From Escherichia coli (lineage in GTDB: Bacteria > Pseudomonadota > Gammaproteobacteria > Enterobacterales > Enterobacteriaceae): a stretch of 64,000 nt of DNA. A program made the position numbers and the translations under genes. The notes below the pieces were generated by a model. That model saw only the letters and a program-made list of their open reading frames with translations. It did no database searches and was not told the DNA's origin. Below, piece by piece: positions 11,692 through 23,468 of this stretch (the stretch's first letter is position 1; each line of letters begins with the position of its first letter). Location: NCBI RefSeq assembly GCF_003334405.1, contig NZ_QOWM01000001.1. One strand, written 5' to 3'.

Positions 11692-12785
11692 TAACGTCCC
11701 TCAAAATCAATACGCGGATCAACCAGCGTATAGCTGATATCACTGACAATATTCAGCAGCAGGCCAATCAGGGTGAAAATATACAAGGTACCAAACATTA
11801 CAGGATAATCGCGCGAGACGGTCGCTTCGTAGCCCAGTAAGCCCAGACCATTGAGTGAAAACATCACCTCAATCAGCAGCGAGCCGGTAAAAAACATGCT
11901 GATAAACGTCGCCGGAAAACCGGCAATCACCAGCAGCATGGCGTTGCGGAACACATGTTTCCAGAGAATATTTTTTTCACTTACCCCTTTCGCACGCGCG
12001 GTCACCACGTATTGCTTGCGCACTTCATCAAGGAATGAGTTTTTTGTCAGCATGGTCAGCGCCGCAAAGCCACCAATCACTGTCGCCAGCACCGGCAGCG
12101 TGATATGCCACAGATAATCGGTGATTTTCTGATACCACGGCAGCGAATCAAAGTTAGCGGAAACCAGGCCGCGTAGAGGGAACAGGTCGAAATAGCTGCC
12201 GCCCGCGAAGAAGACAATCAGCAGGATGGCAAACAAAAAGGCCGGAATGGCGTAGCCGATGATGATAAATGCGCTACTCCAGACGTCAAAGCGGCTCCCA
12301 TTATAAACAGCTTTGCGAATGCCTAACGGAATCGACACCAGATAGATAATCAGCGTGCTCCACAATCCGAGGGTGATGGAAACCGGCAGACTGTCTTTAA
12401 TCAGCGTCAGCACCGAGGCGCTGCGAAACAGGCTATCGCCAAAATCAAAGCGGATGTAGTCCCAGAGCATTTTGAAGTAACGTTCGTGGATCGGCTTATC
12501 AAAACCGTAGCGATGAGTGATCTCAGCGATCACTTCTGGATCTAATCCGCGTCCGCCACGGTAATTACTGTCGCTGATATTGCCGACACCCGTTTGCGCA
12601 TGGCTGGCACGAACACCTTCACCGCCTGCGCCGGGTAATACTCCGGCATTACCAAACTCAATGGCGGCGATGGCCTGGTCGACCGGACCGCCAGGCGCAA
12701 TTTGCACGATGAAAAAGTTGATGGTGATAATCGCCCATAATGTTGGGATCACCAGCAACAGACGGCGAATCAGGTAAGCGCCCAT
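11691..12785 (-). CDS. yejB: ABC transporter permease YejB
   Basis: 364-aa membrane protein; 1-nt overlap with yejE. Confidence 0.92.
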
Positions 12786-14600
12786 CTACTCTCCCTGTTT
12801 GCTGGCGGACGGCAGTTTGGCCGCTTTATTGACGTCATACCACCAGGTATCGATACCGAGGCTATAGATGGGGCGCACGGCCGGCTGGGAGAATTTATCC
12901 CACCAGGCGAGACGGTCTTCCGCCATGTACCACATTGGCAGCATGTAATAATTCCACGTTAATACGCGATCCAGTGCTCGCCCCAACGGCAGTAATTTTT
13001 CTTTATTTCCCTGCGCGGCAATAATTTGGTTGATCAGCGAGTCGATAACCGGGCTTTGCACGCCGGGGGCATTATAAGTGGAATTGATATATTCCGATGA
13101 CCAGGAAATCTGTAAATCGGAACTGGGCCACGGCATCGCCCGCCATACGCGCGGCATCATGTCATAGTCGCGACTGCGCATGCGGTTAGTGATTTGCGAG
13201 TTATCCACCTTGCGAATGTCCATGTTGATACCCAGCCGTTGCAGGCTGTGCTGGAACGGCAATACCCACTGACTATTGCTGCTTGCGGGAAGCAATAATT
13301 CAAAGCTGAGTGGCTGACCCGTTGTGGCATTAACGCGTTGCTGACCCTTCAGCACCCAGCCCGCTTCGTTGAGAAGTTTGTCGGCTTTTAACAGGTTGTC
13401 ACGATCGTAGCCATCGCCTTTGGATACCGGCGGCTGGTAGATTTGTGTGAAGACTTCTGACGGTAGATCTTTTTTCATTGGTGCCAGAAGCACCAGCTCC
13501 GCGGCGTCGGGGTAATTTCTGGCCGCGTATTCGGTATTCTGAAAATAACTGTTCGTGCGACTCCAGGCATTGTAAAACAACGCCTTGTTCATCCATTCAA
13601 AGTCAAAGGCGAGAGTGATAGCTTCCCGGACCCGGCGATCGCTGAATACCGGACGTTGGATATTAAACGCCAGCCAACGCGTATCCTGGGCTGATTCGTT
13701 CTTTTGCTCATCTTTGATGATGTATTTTTTATCGAAATTTTTACCGGTATAACGCGTGGCCCAGTTTTTGGCGTCGTTTTCCATACGCAAATCAAAGGCA
13801 CCTGCTTTAAACGCTTCAAAGGCGACATTATCATCGAGGTAATAATCGTAGCGAATGGTGTCGAAATTCCAGCGTCCACGGTTTACCGGTAAGTTTGCTG
13901 CCCAGTAATCTTTCACACGGGAATAGACAATATTTTGCCCCATTTTCCAGGACGTAACGCGGTACGGACCACTGGCAAGCGGAGGCGTGGCGAGCGGGTC
14001 GCTAAGTTTGTGATCCTTCCAGTACTTTTCTGGAAATACCGGCAGCGAAAACAGACTCAGCATATCTTCTTTGCCGGGTTTAGCTAACTCAATGCGCACG
14101 GTTAACGGTGCAATGGCTTTGACGGTGGTGCCTTTGTAGACCAGACGAAATTGCGGCACGCCTTCGGTCATAAATTTTTGAAAAGTAAACTCTACATCGC
14201 GGGCAGTAATGGGCGAACCATCATGAAAACGGGCGCGCGGATTAATAGCGACCTCCACCCAGGAATAATCGTCAGCATAGCGTGCGCTTTCAGCAATCAG
14301 CGGGTAATAACTGCCTGGTTCGTCATCGGAAGTCGTAAATAGCGTGTCGTACAGCTGCTCGGTGCGTGCGCCCGGGTTGCCGCGCAGTGCATAGCGGTTG
14401 AAATTATCGAAGGTGCCGAGGGCTGACAACGTTATCTGCCCACCTTTTGGCGCGGCGGGGTTCACATAATCAAAATGGTTGAAATTAAACGCGTACCGGG
14501 GTTCGCCCAGCACGGCAAAGGCATAGCTTTCCTTGATAGCCTGCGCCTGCACACCAAAGGTGAACAGAGCGATAAACAGCAGCAGTATGCGCACAATCAT
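12786..14600 (-). CDS. yejA: ABC transporter periplasmic substrate-binding protein YejA
   Basis: About 604 aa with an N-terminal signal peptide; first gene of the yejABEF operon (alternative start at 14606). Confidence 0.9.
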
Positions 14601-14681
14601 CTGCAACGGATTTCCTTTTACTCATCATTAGCCGCAATCCGGCATGCTTTCACTATGAATAATAAGGGACGTAAGCACACC

Positions 14682-16238
14682 TTACCACTGCGGCGTATAC
14701 GGTTTCTTTAGCCAGCGAACAAAATCGTCCAGCGGTAACGGGCGGCTAATCCAGTAGCCTTGCATGAAATTAACGCCGCGTTCGCTTAGCCATCGCGCCT
14801 GTTCCGGCGTTTCGACCCCTTCAGCAACCGTCAGCATATTGAGGCGTTTCGCCAGCGTCAGCACCGCGTCAAGTACGGGGGAAGTGATCGTTTCCGTACC
14901 GATGGCGTTGATAAATCCACGGTCAATTTTCAGATAATCGAGCGTAAAACGCTCAAGATAGATAAGCGCGCTGTGCCCGGTGCCGAAGTCATCAATAGCA
15001 ATTTCTACGCCGACCGAGTGCAGCCAGGCGAAGAGTTGTGTGGCTTCTTGCTCTTTCAACATATCGCGCTCGGTAATTTCCAGCACAATCTGGAAATGGT
15101 GTGCGGGCAGGGAAGTGAGCAGTTTCTGGATATCTGCTTTAAAGCTTTCGCTGTGCAGATGGTCCGGCGCAATGTTAATACCAAATTTGACGCCTACCGG
15201 CAGCACTTTTTCTAATTCTGCGGCATCGCGGGCAATTAACTCAAACAGGTGCTGAGTCAGCGGCACAATCATCTTTTGCGATTCGGCAAAGTTAATGAAG
15301 GCATCCGGGGGAATTTCTCCCGCGACAGGATGCCGCCAGCGTAGCAGTACTTCCAGGCCCGTTACTCGCAAAGCTTGTGTATCCACCACCGGTTGATACG
15401 CCACGTAAAATTGTTCGCGCTTGATGGCGGTCATGATTTCTCTGCCGGGGCGCATACGTACGCTCATCAGGTAATAGCAGAGCAGGCCAACGACAGTTCC
15501 ACTCATGCCGCCCAGTAAAAATGCGTACCACACATCGTTCCATGTCCAGTCATCTGCATAAAGCCGAACGGTCAGAGGAATGCCCGCAATTTTAGTTTCA
15601 CGGACTGGCATGTCGGTTAATTCGTTAACGTTCATCAAACGTGAAGAAAAGGTAGATAGCGCAGTATTGCCAATAATGAGGGCGACGCCATCGTAATCTT
15701 CCTGCCGTGAACTATAAAAGAGTGAAGGCGTCAGGTTGAGATTCAGAGCGGCAAAGACGCCGCTATTTTTCAGCAAAGGGTTGCGATACCAGATGACGAT
15801 TGCGGGTTTGTTCGGCACCATCGGCGTGCCGGGTAAGATCGCCATATCGACGTTTTTATTAATGTCGAGCGCCGGAATCAATTCATTGAGTGGAATGTCC
15901 ATCTCACCGGTCGCAGATGAACAGAATGTTTTTTTATCTTTCACCAGCACAAACGTTCGGACATTCATGCTAAACGCTGCGCGGGCGGTCAGTTCGGGGT
16001 TAGCTTGCTGGCAGGTATCTAAGGTCAGCGGCTGGAGCCGGTCAGTAGTGGATTTCAGGTCGGCAAAATAGGTATCGAGATACTTTTGTACGTCGGTAAT
16101 CAGTGTGTCGTATTTGACTTCGTGCTTATGCCAGGCCACTAAAAACTGAAGGCAACTCACCAGTATCGCAATCATTACGCCTGCAACAATGCAGGTAAGC
16201 AGGAGCTTACGTCCAAAATTGGGAGCGCGTATGAACAT
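14682..16238 (-). CDS. pdeN: c-di-GMP phosphodiesterase PdeN (Rtn), CSS periplasmic domain plus EAL domain
   Basis: 518-aa ORF with an N-terminal TM helix and a C-terminal EAL-type domain. Confidence 0.9.
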   Translation of the reverse strand: MFIRAPNFGRKLLLTCIVAGVMIAILVSCLQFLVAWHKHEVKYDTLITDVQKYLDTYFADLKSTTDRLQPLTLDTCQQANPELTARAAFSMNVRTFVLVKDKKTFCSSATGEMDIPLNELIPALDINKNVDMAILPGTPMVPNKPAIVIWYRNPLLKNSGVFAALNLNLTPSLFYSSRQEDYDGVALIIGNTALSTFSSRLMNVNELTDMPVRETKIAGIPLTVRLYADDWTWNDVWYAFLLGGMSGTVVGLLCYYLMSVRMRPGREIMTAIKREQFYVAYQPVVDTQALRVTGLEVLLRWRHPVAGEIPPDAFINFAESQKMIVPLTQHLFELIARDAAELEKVLPVGVKFGINIAPDHLHSESFKADIQKLLTSLPAHHFQIVLEITERDMLKEQEATQLFAWLHSVGVEIAIDDFGTGHSALIYLERFTLDYLKIDRGFINAIGTETITSPVLDAVLTLAKRLNMLTVAEGVETPEQARWLSERGVNFMQGYWISRPLPLDDFVRWLKKPYTPQW

Positions 16239-16339
16239 GATTCCGTTAATTTCCTGAAATTACGACAACATTTAAAAGATAACAATGACCGGACTATAGC
16301 CTGGATCAAGACGCGGAAACATCATTTTCTCTGATGAAT

Positions 16340-16370
16340 GAAAACAAAAAAGCACTGCCTAAGCAGTGCT
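16340..16370 (-). terminator. Rho-independent terminator after mepS
   Basis: Stem agcactgc / gcagtgct with loop ctaa; T-run on the minus strand. Confidence 0.65.
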
Positions 16371-16418
16371 TTCAGTTAACTCGTCAGGATAGCCAAGGGA
16401 TTGCATCCAAACGGTTTA

Positions 16419-16985
16419 TTAGCTGCGGCTGAGAACCCGGCGTGCTTCGTTGTAACGCTTCTTCCAGTACGGTTCATTCATGCTGGAAATAATAACACCA
16501 CTGCTGGTGGAAGCATGGACAAACTGATTGTTGCCGATATAAATACCGACATGGCGTCCCGTTGAACCGGCACGGAACAGAACTAAATCACCCGTACGCA
16601 AATTACTGCGGGAAACAGATTTACCCATTTCCTGCTGTTCGTAAGTCGAACGCGGAAGTTCTAAGCCAAATTGCTCACGGAATGTACGCTGTACGAAACC
16701 AGAACAATCGATACCTTTTTTAGTGCTGCCGCCCAGACGATAACGTACGCCTTTCCAGTCAGCATACTGATCCATAATTCGCGATTTTACGTCGACATTA
16801 CGAACCAGGTTTTCAAATTCATCCTGAGAAGCTTGCAGTGATGATGTTTCACTACCCACTGCACGTGTCTCAGGATGCATATTCTTTGCGGTGTTATTTG
16901 CACTACATGCAGAAAGCAGAACCGCTACTGCAATCGCGGGAATCCCGCGCAAGATATATCTCAAAATCGGTTGAGATTTGACCAT
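16419..16985 (-). CDS. mepS: Murein DD-endopeptidase MepS (Spr), NlpC/P60 lipoprotein
   Basis: 188-aa ORF with a lipobox (LSAC) and an NlpC/P60 Cys-His domain. Confidence 0.93.
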
Positions 16986-17396
16986 GTTGTTTGTTTTCCC
17001 TTGAAGTCCTTAACGACAAATATCGTTATAAAAAAATGCCAAGCGACACGAGACTAATTACCTGGGCATGTTGAAACAATTCCTTAAGGCCAAATCTGTG
17101 GACTAACGCACAAAATTATATGCTGTGAGGATAATCTACCGCCGAGGCAAAACGAGTTCGAGATTACCCGATTGGTGCGGTCTTGGCGAGCGGTTTTACA
17201 TGATTTTTTATAAGAAAAAGTGATACAGAAAGTTAATAAGCGGGGTTGGTCAATTAAAGTACAATTGAGTGAAACGCATGCAATCCATTCATTTACTTAG
17301 AGAATGATTTTTGCGTTCGATAGATGAAAGCACGGTGCGCATCATCAGGATTATCCTCACTATAAAAATAACCCTGATGATGTTAATTACTGTGAG

Positions 17397-18110
17397 TTAT
17401 TTGTTTTGGAAATGTTTGTTTTTTCCTGGTAGTGATTTGTCAAAAAAGGTGATTAATCGATCACTTAATGGCGTCAGCAACACCCAGGGCAAACCGATCA
17501 ATATCACGGTCATCGAACCGACAATGATGTCAGTAAACCAGTGTGCGCCAATCATTACTCTGGGAAATGCAAAAACCACAAAAATAATAAGGGCGATAAG
17601 GCCTGCAACTTTGCCGAAATAACGCCACATGAATGCCGAAAAAATAAGCAGCATCATGCCGTGATCGCCGGGAAAGCTATCTCGTGAGGCATCTTTCGTG
17701 GGAACAGAGAGCAGTTCGCTGACGCGGTTAATATCGGTAAAAGTCAATGTTGGGCTGGCCCGTTTTACAGGAATTAATGCCTGACCCAGCTGGTTTAATA
17801 CCACTGCAGTTAATAGCATGACCAGACCAATAATCACGATACGTCGTCTGCCAGGGGCGTTTTCTTTCAGCCAGAAACTCAGCATCAACATACCCATCGC
17901 CAGCAGTGAACAACCGTCGAAGGCGCGATTGTTGGTCAATGCAACCAGCCACAAAAAGGCCTTACTTTCGACCAGTTTCTGATTAAAGAAATAAAAAATA
18001 TCCGCATCAATCGGCAACCAGAATCCATGATTAACGGGGATATACCAGGAAAGAAACAGCGCGAGGCCGACAATATTCAACAACACTATTTGCGGCAAAT
18101 TTTTAATCAT
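17397..18110 (-). CDS. lpxT: Lipid A 1-diphosphate synthase / undecaprenyl-pyrophosphate phosphotransferase (PAP2 family)
   Basis: 237-aa product from MIKNLPQIV; PAP2 motifs; the ORF track extends 12 codons further upstream. Confidence 0.9.
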   Translation of the reverse strand: MIKNLPQIVLLNIVGLALFLSWYIPVNHGFWLPIDADIFYFFNQKLVESKAFLWLVALTNNRAFDGCSLLAMGMLMLSFWLKENAPGRRRIVIIGLVMLLTAVVLNQLGQALIPVKRASPTLTFTDINRVSELLSVPTKDASRDSFPGDHGMMLLIFSAFMWRYFGKVAGLIALIIFVVFAFPRVMIGAHWFTDIIVGSMTVILIGLPWVLLTPLSDRLITFFDKSLPGKNKHFQNK

Positions 18111-18148
18111 ATTTTCTCTAATTATCTTACTGAAAAACGCAGGCAACC

Positions 18149-19135
18149 TTACGCGGTAGTCGCTAAACGAAGCTTCAACAGCGCGCTCTGCAAGGCATTC
18201 CAGTCAGCTTCGCTGCTGGAAATCAGCTCAATACGGCTGTCCGGTGGCGCAACGTTTTGCGTTTCAATGTGCAGGTCATCGCCCTGACGGTTGATTCGCA
18301 CCAGCCCTTCGGGAATACGCAGCACGCCTTTGACGCGTTCCACCGGTGCAAGTCGCGCCCATTCCAGAATGCCAATGGTGTCGAATACCGTATCAGCGTC
18401 GAATATCCAGCCGCAGGCCTGATATCCTTGCCCGCTGTTCAGACTGCGACGCCAGCGTTGATGCTCTGGCAGGCTTAACGCTGCTAACCCTTTTTTCACG
18501 ACATGCTGATGAGAATGCGCGGCGCTGGCGGGCAACTCGGCTAAATTGCGACGCGGCAAATCCAGAAGATGACCGTCAACTTTCCCATGCTCACTGTGAA
18601 TTAATTGTCGATCGCCACCATTTTGCTGCCACCAACGCTGTAGCGCTTGCTCACTTTCGGGCGTCGTACGGTCGGATTTATTGGCGACAATGATGTCTGC
18701 GGCAGCCAGCTGGTCACGGAAGTTTTCATTGCTGGCGCTTTTTTCGTCCAGCAGCAAGCGCGGATCGAGAATGCACAAGGTGGCGCGCAGATCTATCCAC
18801 GGTTCATAGACTGGTGCGGTTAACAGATCGAGGATCTGTTTCGGATGGCCCAGCCCGGTCGGCTCTATCAACAAGCGGTCTGGTTTTCCCTGACGCAGTA
18901 AGGTATTCAACCCTACCTGCATGGGTAAACCATTAACGCAGCACATGCAGCCGCCGGGGATCTCTTTCAGCAATGCGCCGCTATCGGCGAGCAAAGCACC
19001 ATCAATTCCGACTTCCCCAAATTCATTAACCAGTACCGCCCATTTTTCGTTGGGATCTTTATGGGCTAACAGATGAAGAATCGACGTGGTTTTCCCGCTG
19101 CCGAGAAAACCGGTGATGAGGTTGGTCCTGGTCAC
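18149..19135 (-). CDS. yeiR: COG0523 (CobW-like) zinc-associated GTPase YeiR
   Basis: 328-aa ORF with P-loop GFLGSGKTT and a CxCC motif. Confidence 0.9.
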   Translation of the reverse strand: MTRTNLITGFLGSGKTTSILHLLAHKDPNEKWAVLVNEFGEVGIDGALLADSGALLKEIPGGCMCCVNGLPMQVGLNTLLRQGKPDRLLIEPTGLGHPKQILDLLTAPVYEPWIDLRATLCILDPRLLLDEKSASNENFRDQLAAADIIVANKSDRTTPESEQALQRWWQQNGGDRQLIHSEHGKVDGHLLDLPRRNLAELPASAAHSHQHVVKKGLAALSLPEHQRWRRSLNSGQGYQACGWIFDADTVFDTIGILEWARLAPVERVKGVLRIPEGLVRINRQGDDLHIETQNVAPPDSRIELISSSEADWNALQSALLKLRLATTA

Positions 19136-19252
19136 AACGGCTCCGCAATACTCTGGTAAGTTAACTGAGCGTTAATCCTGGCTAAAAAAGGCAGAAAAGA
19201 GAAGGGGAGAGCGGACGAAGGTGAGCTTCATCCGCTTTAACCGCAGAAATCG

Positions 19253-20719
19253 TTAAATTTTGAGGGTGTTTAATAGCGCCTGATGTGCGCCGAATTGTAC
19301 GATTTGTTGCCAGGCTTGTTCGATGGCCTGCACAAAATGCGGGTTATCTGGCAGATCATCACCGAAAACTTCACGCAGGGAAAGCAGGGCGGTTACGCGT
19401 TGTTCACTGCTGCTGCCCGCAACAAGTTCGCGAATTTTATCGCTAAGCGGATCGCGAACATCAATGGCATTTCCGGCATCATCAACGCCGCTGACGTAAC
19501 GCATCCAGCCTGCAACGCCTAATGCCAGCAACGACCAGTCCGTTTCGCGCCCCTGATGTATGCGAATACCTGCCAGCATGCGTTGCGGTAATTTCTGGCT
19601 GCCATCCATCGCGATTTGCCAGGTCTTATGTTTCAGCGCCGGATTAGCAAAACGTGCAATTAACTTATCCGCATATTGTGTTAAATCGACATCTTTAATT
19701 TGCAGTGTCGGCGCTTGCTCATCCAGCATTAATGTTCTGGCGGCATGGCGAAATGCGCGATCCTGCATGCAATCACTGATATGGGCGAATCCTGAGAGGT
19801 AACCCAGATAAGCGAGAAAAGAGTGGCTGCCATTAAGCATCCGCAGTTTCATCTCTTCCCATGGCAGGACATCATTCACCATTTGTACACCTGCGACTTC
19901 CCAGGCAGGACGCCCAGCGACGAAGTTATCTTCCACCACCCACTGGATAAACGGTTCGCAGCTAATCGCGCAGGGATCATTCACCCCCAGATGCTGGCTG
20001 ATTTCCACCAGTGATTCGTCGGTTGCAGCCGGAACAATGCGGTCGACCATGGTTCCCGGAAAACTGACGTGCTCTTTTATCCACCCGGCGAGTTCTGGCG
20101 AACGTTTTTCTGCCATTCCCAGCACCGCGTTTTTCACCACATGACCATTGTCGGGAATATTGTCGCAGGAGAGCACGGTAAACGGTGTAAGGCCGCGCTC
20201 ACGGCGGCGTTTCAGTGCTTCGACGAGAATACCCGGTGCGGAGTGAGGTTCTTCAGGGGTTTGTAGATCGTGAATAATCCGCGGATTACTGGTGTCGAGT
20301 GCACCGGTGGCCGGGTCAATACAATAGCCTTTTTCGGTAATCGTCAGGGAAACAATTGCCACCTGTGGCTCGCAAAATTTCTCAATAATTGCCGCTAAGG
20401 AATCCAGTTTTGCATTAAGGCATTCGTGAACGGCACCGACAATTATCACCTGATTGCCGTCCGCACCTTTCTCCAGCACGGTATATAAATGGTTCTGTGC
20501 GCGGAGCTGGCTCATCAGTTGATCACCGCTGAACAAGCTGATTTCACAGATCCCCCAGTCGCCGCCCTGGGCATTCAGCACACGATCGGTCAGTAACGCC
20601 TGATGAGCGCGGTGAAAGGCTCCAAAGCCAAAATGAACGATACGTGATTGCAACTGCTGGCGATCATAGCGTGGAGCGTGTACATGATGCGGGAGCGTAA
20701 CGGAGGCGATTGTATTCAT
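19253..20719 (-). CDS. yeiQ: Mannitol dehydrogenase family oxidoreductase YeiQ
   Basis: About 488 aa, long-chain mannitol/fructuronate dehydrogenase-like. Confidence 0.88.
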   Translation of the reverse strand: MNTIASVTLPHHVHAPRYDRQQLQSRIVHFGFGAFHRAHQALLTDRVLNAQGGDWGICEISLFSGDQLMSQLRAQNHLYTVLEKGADGNQVIIVGAVHECLNAKLDSLAAIIEKFCEPQVAIVSLTITEKGYCIDPATGALDTSNPRIIHDLQTPEEPHSAPGILVEALKRRRERGLTPFTVLSCDNIPDNGHVVKNAVLGMAEKRSPELAGWIKEHVSFPGTMVDRIVPAATDESLVEISQHLGVNDPCAISCEPFIQWVVEDNFVAGRPAWEVAGVQMVNDVLPWEEMKLRMLNGSHSFLAYLGYLSGFAHISDCMQDRAFRHAARTLMLDEQAPTLQIKDVDLTQYADKLIARFANPALKHKTWQIAMDGSQKLPQRMLAGIRIHQGRETDWSLLALGVAGWMRYVSGVDDAGNAIDVRDPLSDKIRELVAGSSSEQRVTALLSLREVFGDDLPDNPHFVQAIEQAWQQIVQFGAHQALLNTLKI

Positions 20720-20894
20720 AGGAGTCACGTCTTAGTAACGATTAATTAACAACGACAGTGTAAAGTTATATGACAGCAATTGAAATTGGTCTGGATTGTT
20801 AATGCGATGAAGTGTGAGGGCGATCAATCAACGAGTGAAAATTGAGGGCGTAAGGTGTTCAGGAAGCGCAAAATAGAAGATTGGTATAATAAAT

Positions 20895-20927
20895 TAAAAA
20901 AGGGACAGCCTGAGCTATCCCTTTTCT
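20895..20927 (-). terminator. Rho-independent (bidirectional-type) terminator after yeiP
   Basis: A-run, stem aaaaggga / tccctttt, T-run; located 15-45 bp downstream of the yeiP stop. Confidence 0.6.
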
Positions 20928-20941
20928 GCATGCGGCTGAAG

Positions 20942-21514
20942 TTAGTCAGCACGCCCCATATAACGGCGTTCTTCGATATGGATACGAATTTTTTCGCCCG
21001 GGCTTAAGTATTCTGGTACCTGAATCACCAGACCAGTGCTCAATGTCGCCGGTTTGTTACGGGCGCTGGCAGATGCCCCTTTGATGCCTGGTGCGGTTTC
21101 AACGATTTCCAGATCAACGGTCTGCGGCAGCTCAAGCGCCAGCAGTTGACCGTCCCAGGTCAGCACCTGCATGTCCGGCATGCCGCCCTCTGGCATAAAC
21201 AGCAACTCTTCTTCAATCTGATCTTTGGTGAAGGTATACGGGGTATAGTCTTCTTTATCCATAAAGACATATTCGTTGCCATCGACATAGGAGAAGTCAA
21301 CGTAACGGCGGGTCAGCGTCACGGTGTCAACGATATCATCACCTTTGAAACGCTCTTCTACTTTCAGCCCGGTACGGACATCAGAAAAACGCATTTTGTA
21401 CAGCGTAGCGGCACCGCGGGCAGTGGGCGACTGAATATCAATATCCTTAACCAGCAGCAGTTTGCCGTTGTAATTCAGTACCATACCTTTTTTAATTTCG
21501 TTCGCTCTTGGCAT
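20942..21514 (-). CDS. yeiP: Elongation factor P-like protein YeiP (EfpL)
   Basis: 190-aa product from [13 protein letters not shown]; EF-P fold paralogue; the ORF track is extended upstream. Confidence 0.92.
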
Positions 21515-21668
21515 CGAAAAATTCCTGTAGTCGAAAATGTCAAAAATATCGCGACAAAGTACTCGCGACGGGCCTTTCGGGCAAGTGGTATTCGCACTTT
21601 TGCTGGTGCAAAAAAGGTGGTACTGTGCGCGCTCATCAATCCGGTGGTTAACCTTAAGAGAACAACGT

Positions 21669-21923
21669 ATGGAATGCCGTCCGGGTTGCGGGGCGTGTTG
21701 CACTGCCCCTTCAATTTCCAGCCCTATTCCCGGTATGCCAGATGGCAAGCCCGCCAATACGCCCTGCATTCAGCTTGATGAACAGCAACGCTGTAAAATT
21801 TTCACCTCGCCACTGCGACCGAAAGTCTGTGCAGGCTTACAAGCCAGCGCTGAAATGTGCGGTAACTCGCGTCAGCAGGCCATGACCTGGCTTATCGATC
21901 TGGAAATGCTGACCGCGCCTTAA
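21669..21923 (+). CDS. yeiW: UPF0153 cysteine-rich protein YeiW
   Basis: 84-aa product from [11 protein letters not shown]; its stop overlaps the setB stop on the opposite strand. Confidence 0.85.
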
Positions 21924-23101
21924 ACATCTTTAATCCGCAGTAAGCAAAACAGAGTGGCGATAATCATCACCATCGCAAACCAGAACACAGCGTGATAATT
22001 CCAGATCTCGGCGACGATGCCCGCCACTGATCCTGCGATGATCCAGCCCACGCGCGAAGTGTTGGTATAGAGCGTGGTGGCTGAACCCGCCTGACCGGGC
22101 ATCAGATCCTGAAAATAGAGCATCCCGATGCCGCCCAGAATGCCAATAAAAATAGCATTTAGCAGCTGCAAGCCCAACAGAATGACAGGTGAATGCGCCA
22201 TCAGCATTCCTGCGTAAAAACAGACGCCACCCACGGCAGCAACGCGCATTAAGAAACGCTTACCCAGACGTTTGGCGAAATATCCGGCAATCAACATCGT
22301 CGGGATTTCCAGCCCGGCGGCGGTCCCCATCATCACACCGGCCAGTTTCTCGGGAAGATGCAGTTCGTTGATAATAAATAGCGGCATGTTGATGATGTAC
22401 AGGCTGTTCGAGCCCCACATCAATGTACAAATGACAAACAGCAGCAGCGTATCGCGACGGTTACGGCGCGGCGCTTCGATCGTGCCGGTCGCCAGCGGAA
22501 GCTCTTTTTGCATCGACGGTAAAAACAGCCACACCATCACACCGCAAACAATAAACGCTACCGCTGCGCTCAGATACATTACCGTAAAGCTGAAACCCAT
22601 CGCTAAGGCATAAGCCAGCGGTGGGCCAATGACCCATGCCAGTGAAACCTGAGCGCGTAAAAAAGAGCTGAACATCACCGCCTCACGTCCGGTTTTGTCG
22701 GCATGTTCACGGGCAAGGGCAAACATTTGCGGGTTAGCGGTCGAGCCAAAGCTGCTAAGAAAGACGCCAACGAATAGCAAAACAAAGTAGTTGCGATTCC
22801 AGGCAAAAAGGGTGCAGGCCAGCACGCCTAACAGGCAGCAAAAGACAATCAGCGATTTGCGATCGCCGCGCTTATCAGAGCGCCCGGCGAGAAACTGACT
22901 TACCAGAATCCCAATGACAGCGCTGCCGGTAAAGAAGAATCCCACCATCGCCGGACGGGCATGTACTTCATCGGTAAGAAAAATACTGAGTGTCGGGGTT
23001 TGCAGAGCGCCCGCAATACCGGTGAGAAAGGCAACGATTAAAAACGCCGTCGAGGTCAGGTCAAACGATTTCGCGCTGGAGACTGCGGGGGAGTTATGCA
23101 T
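21920..23101 (-). CDS. setB: Sugar efflux transporter SetB (MFS)
   Basis: 393-aa 12-TM ORF. Confidence 0.92.
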
Positions 23102-23366
23102 GCTGGTCGATCACTGGAAGAGGAAGACGCGGAGTTTACGCTGCTTGTCAGAAAATAAACAGACAGCGAAATCAAAAGCGCCACGAATAGTCAAAATGCC
23201 ATTTCACTGTTGCTGATTGGCTGCTGACGCTGCTGAAATGAAATTGCTGATAACGGATTTTCCCATCAGCAATTAGGAAAAATGGCAAAAAATTGTGCAG
23301 CACATCAAACTTTTGCTCATAACTTTACGGCTTTCCTTGCGTGCTGAAACAGAAGTATTATGCTTT

Positions 23367-23383
23367 CTTGAAACGTTTCAGCG
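23367..23383. promoter_or_regulatory. Cra (FruR) operator in the fruB promoter
   Basis: Perfect palindrome tgaaacgtttca embedded in cttgaaacgtttcagcg, about 90 bp upstream of the fruB start. Confidence 0.7.
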
Positions 23384-23433
23384 CGATCTTGTCTTTAACC
23401 CTAAGCCAGGTTGGCGCTTTTTTTCTCATAGAG

Positions 23434-23454
23434 GCTGAATCGTTTCAATTCAGC
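23434..23454. promoter_or_regulatory. Second Cra (FruR) operator in the fruB promoter/leader
   Basis: gctgaatcgtttcaattcagc, an imperfect palindrome with TGAAxC half-sites, 15 bp upstream of the fruB start. Confidence 0.65.
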
Positions 23455-23468
23455 AAGAGAGGAGAACT

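Noticed and set aside
17311-17622. 103-codon ORF in the mepS-lpxT intergenic region
   Set aside because: Runs antisense into lpxT, has an Ile/Leu-rich AT-biased translation and no RBS.
21146-21778. 210-codon ORF on the plus strand
   Set aside because: Antisense to yeiP and reads through into yeiW, which is better explained by the 84-aa yeiW start at 21669.
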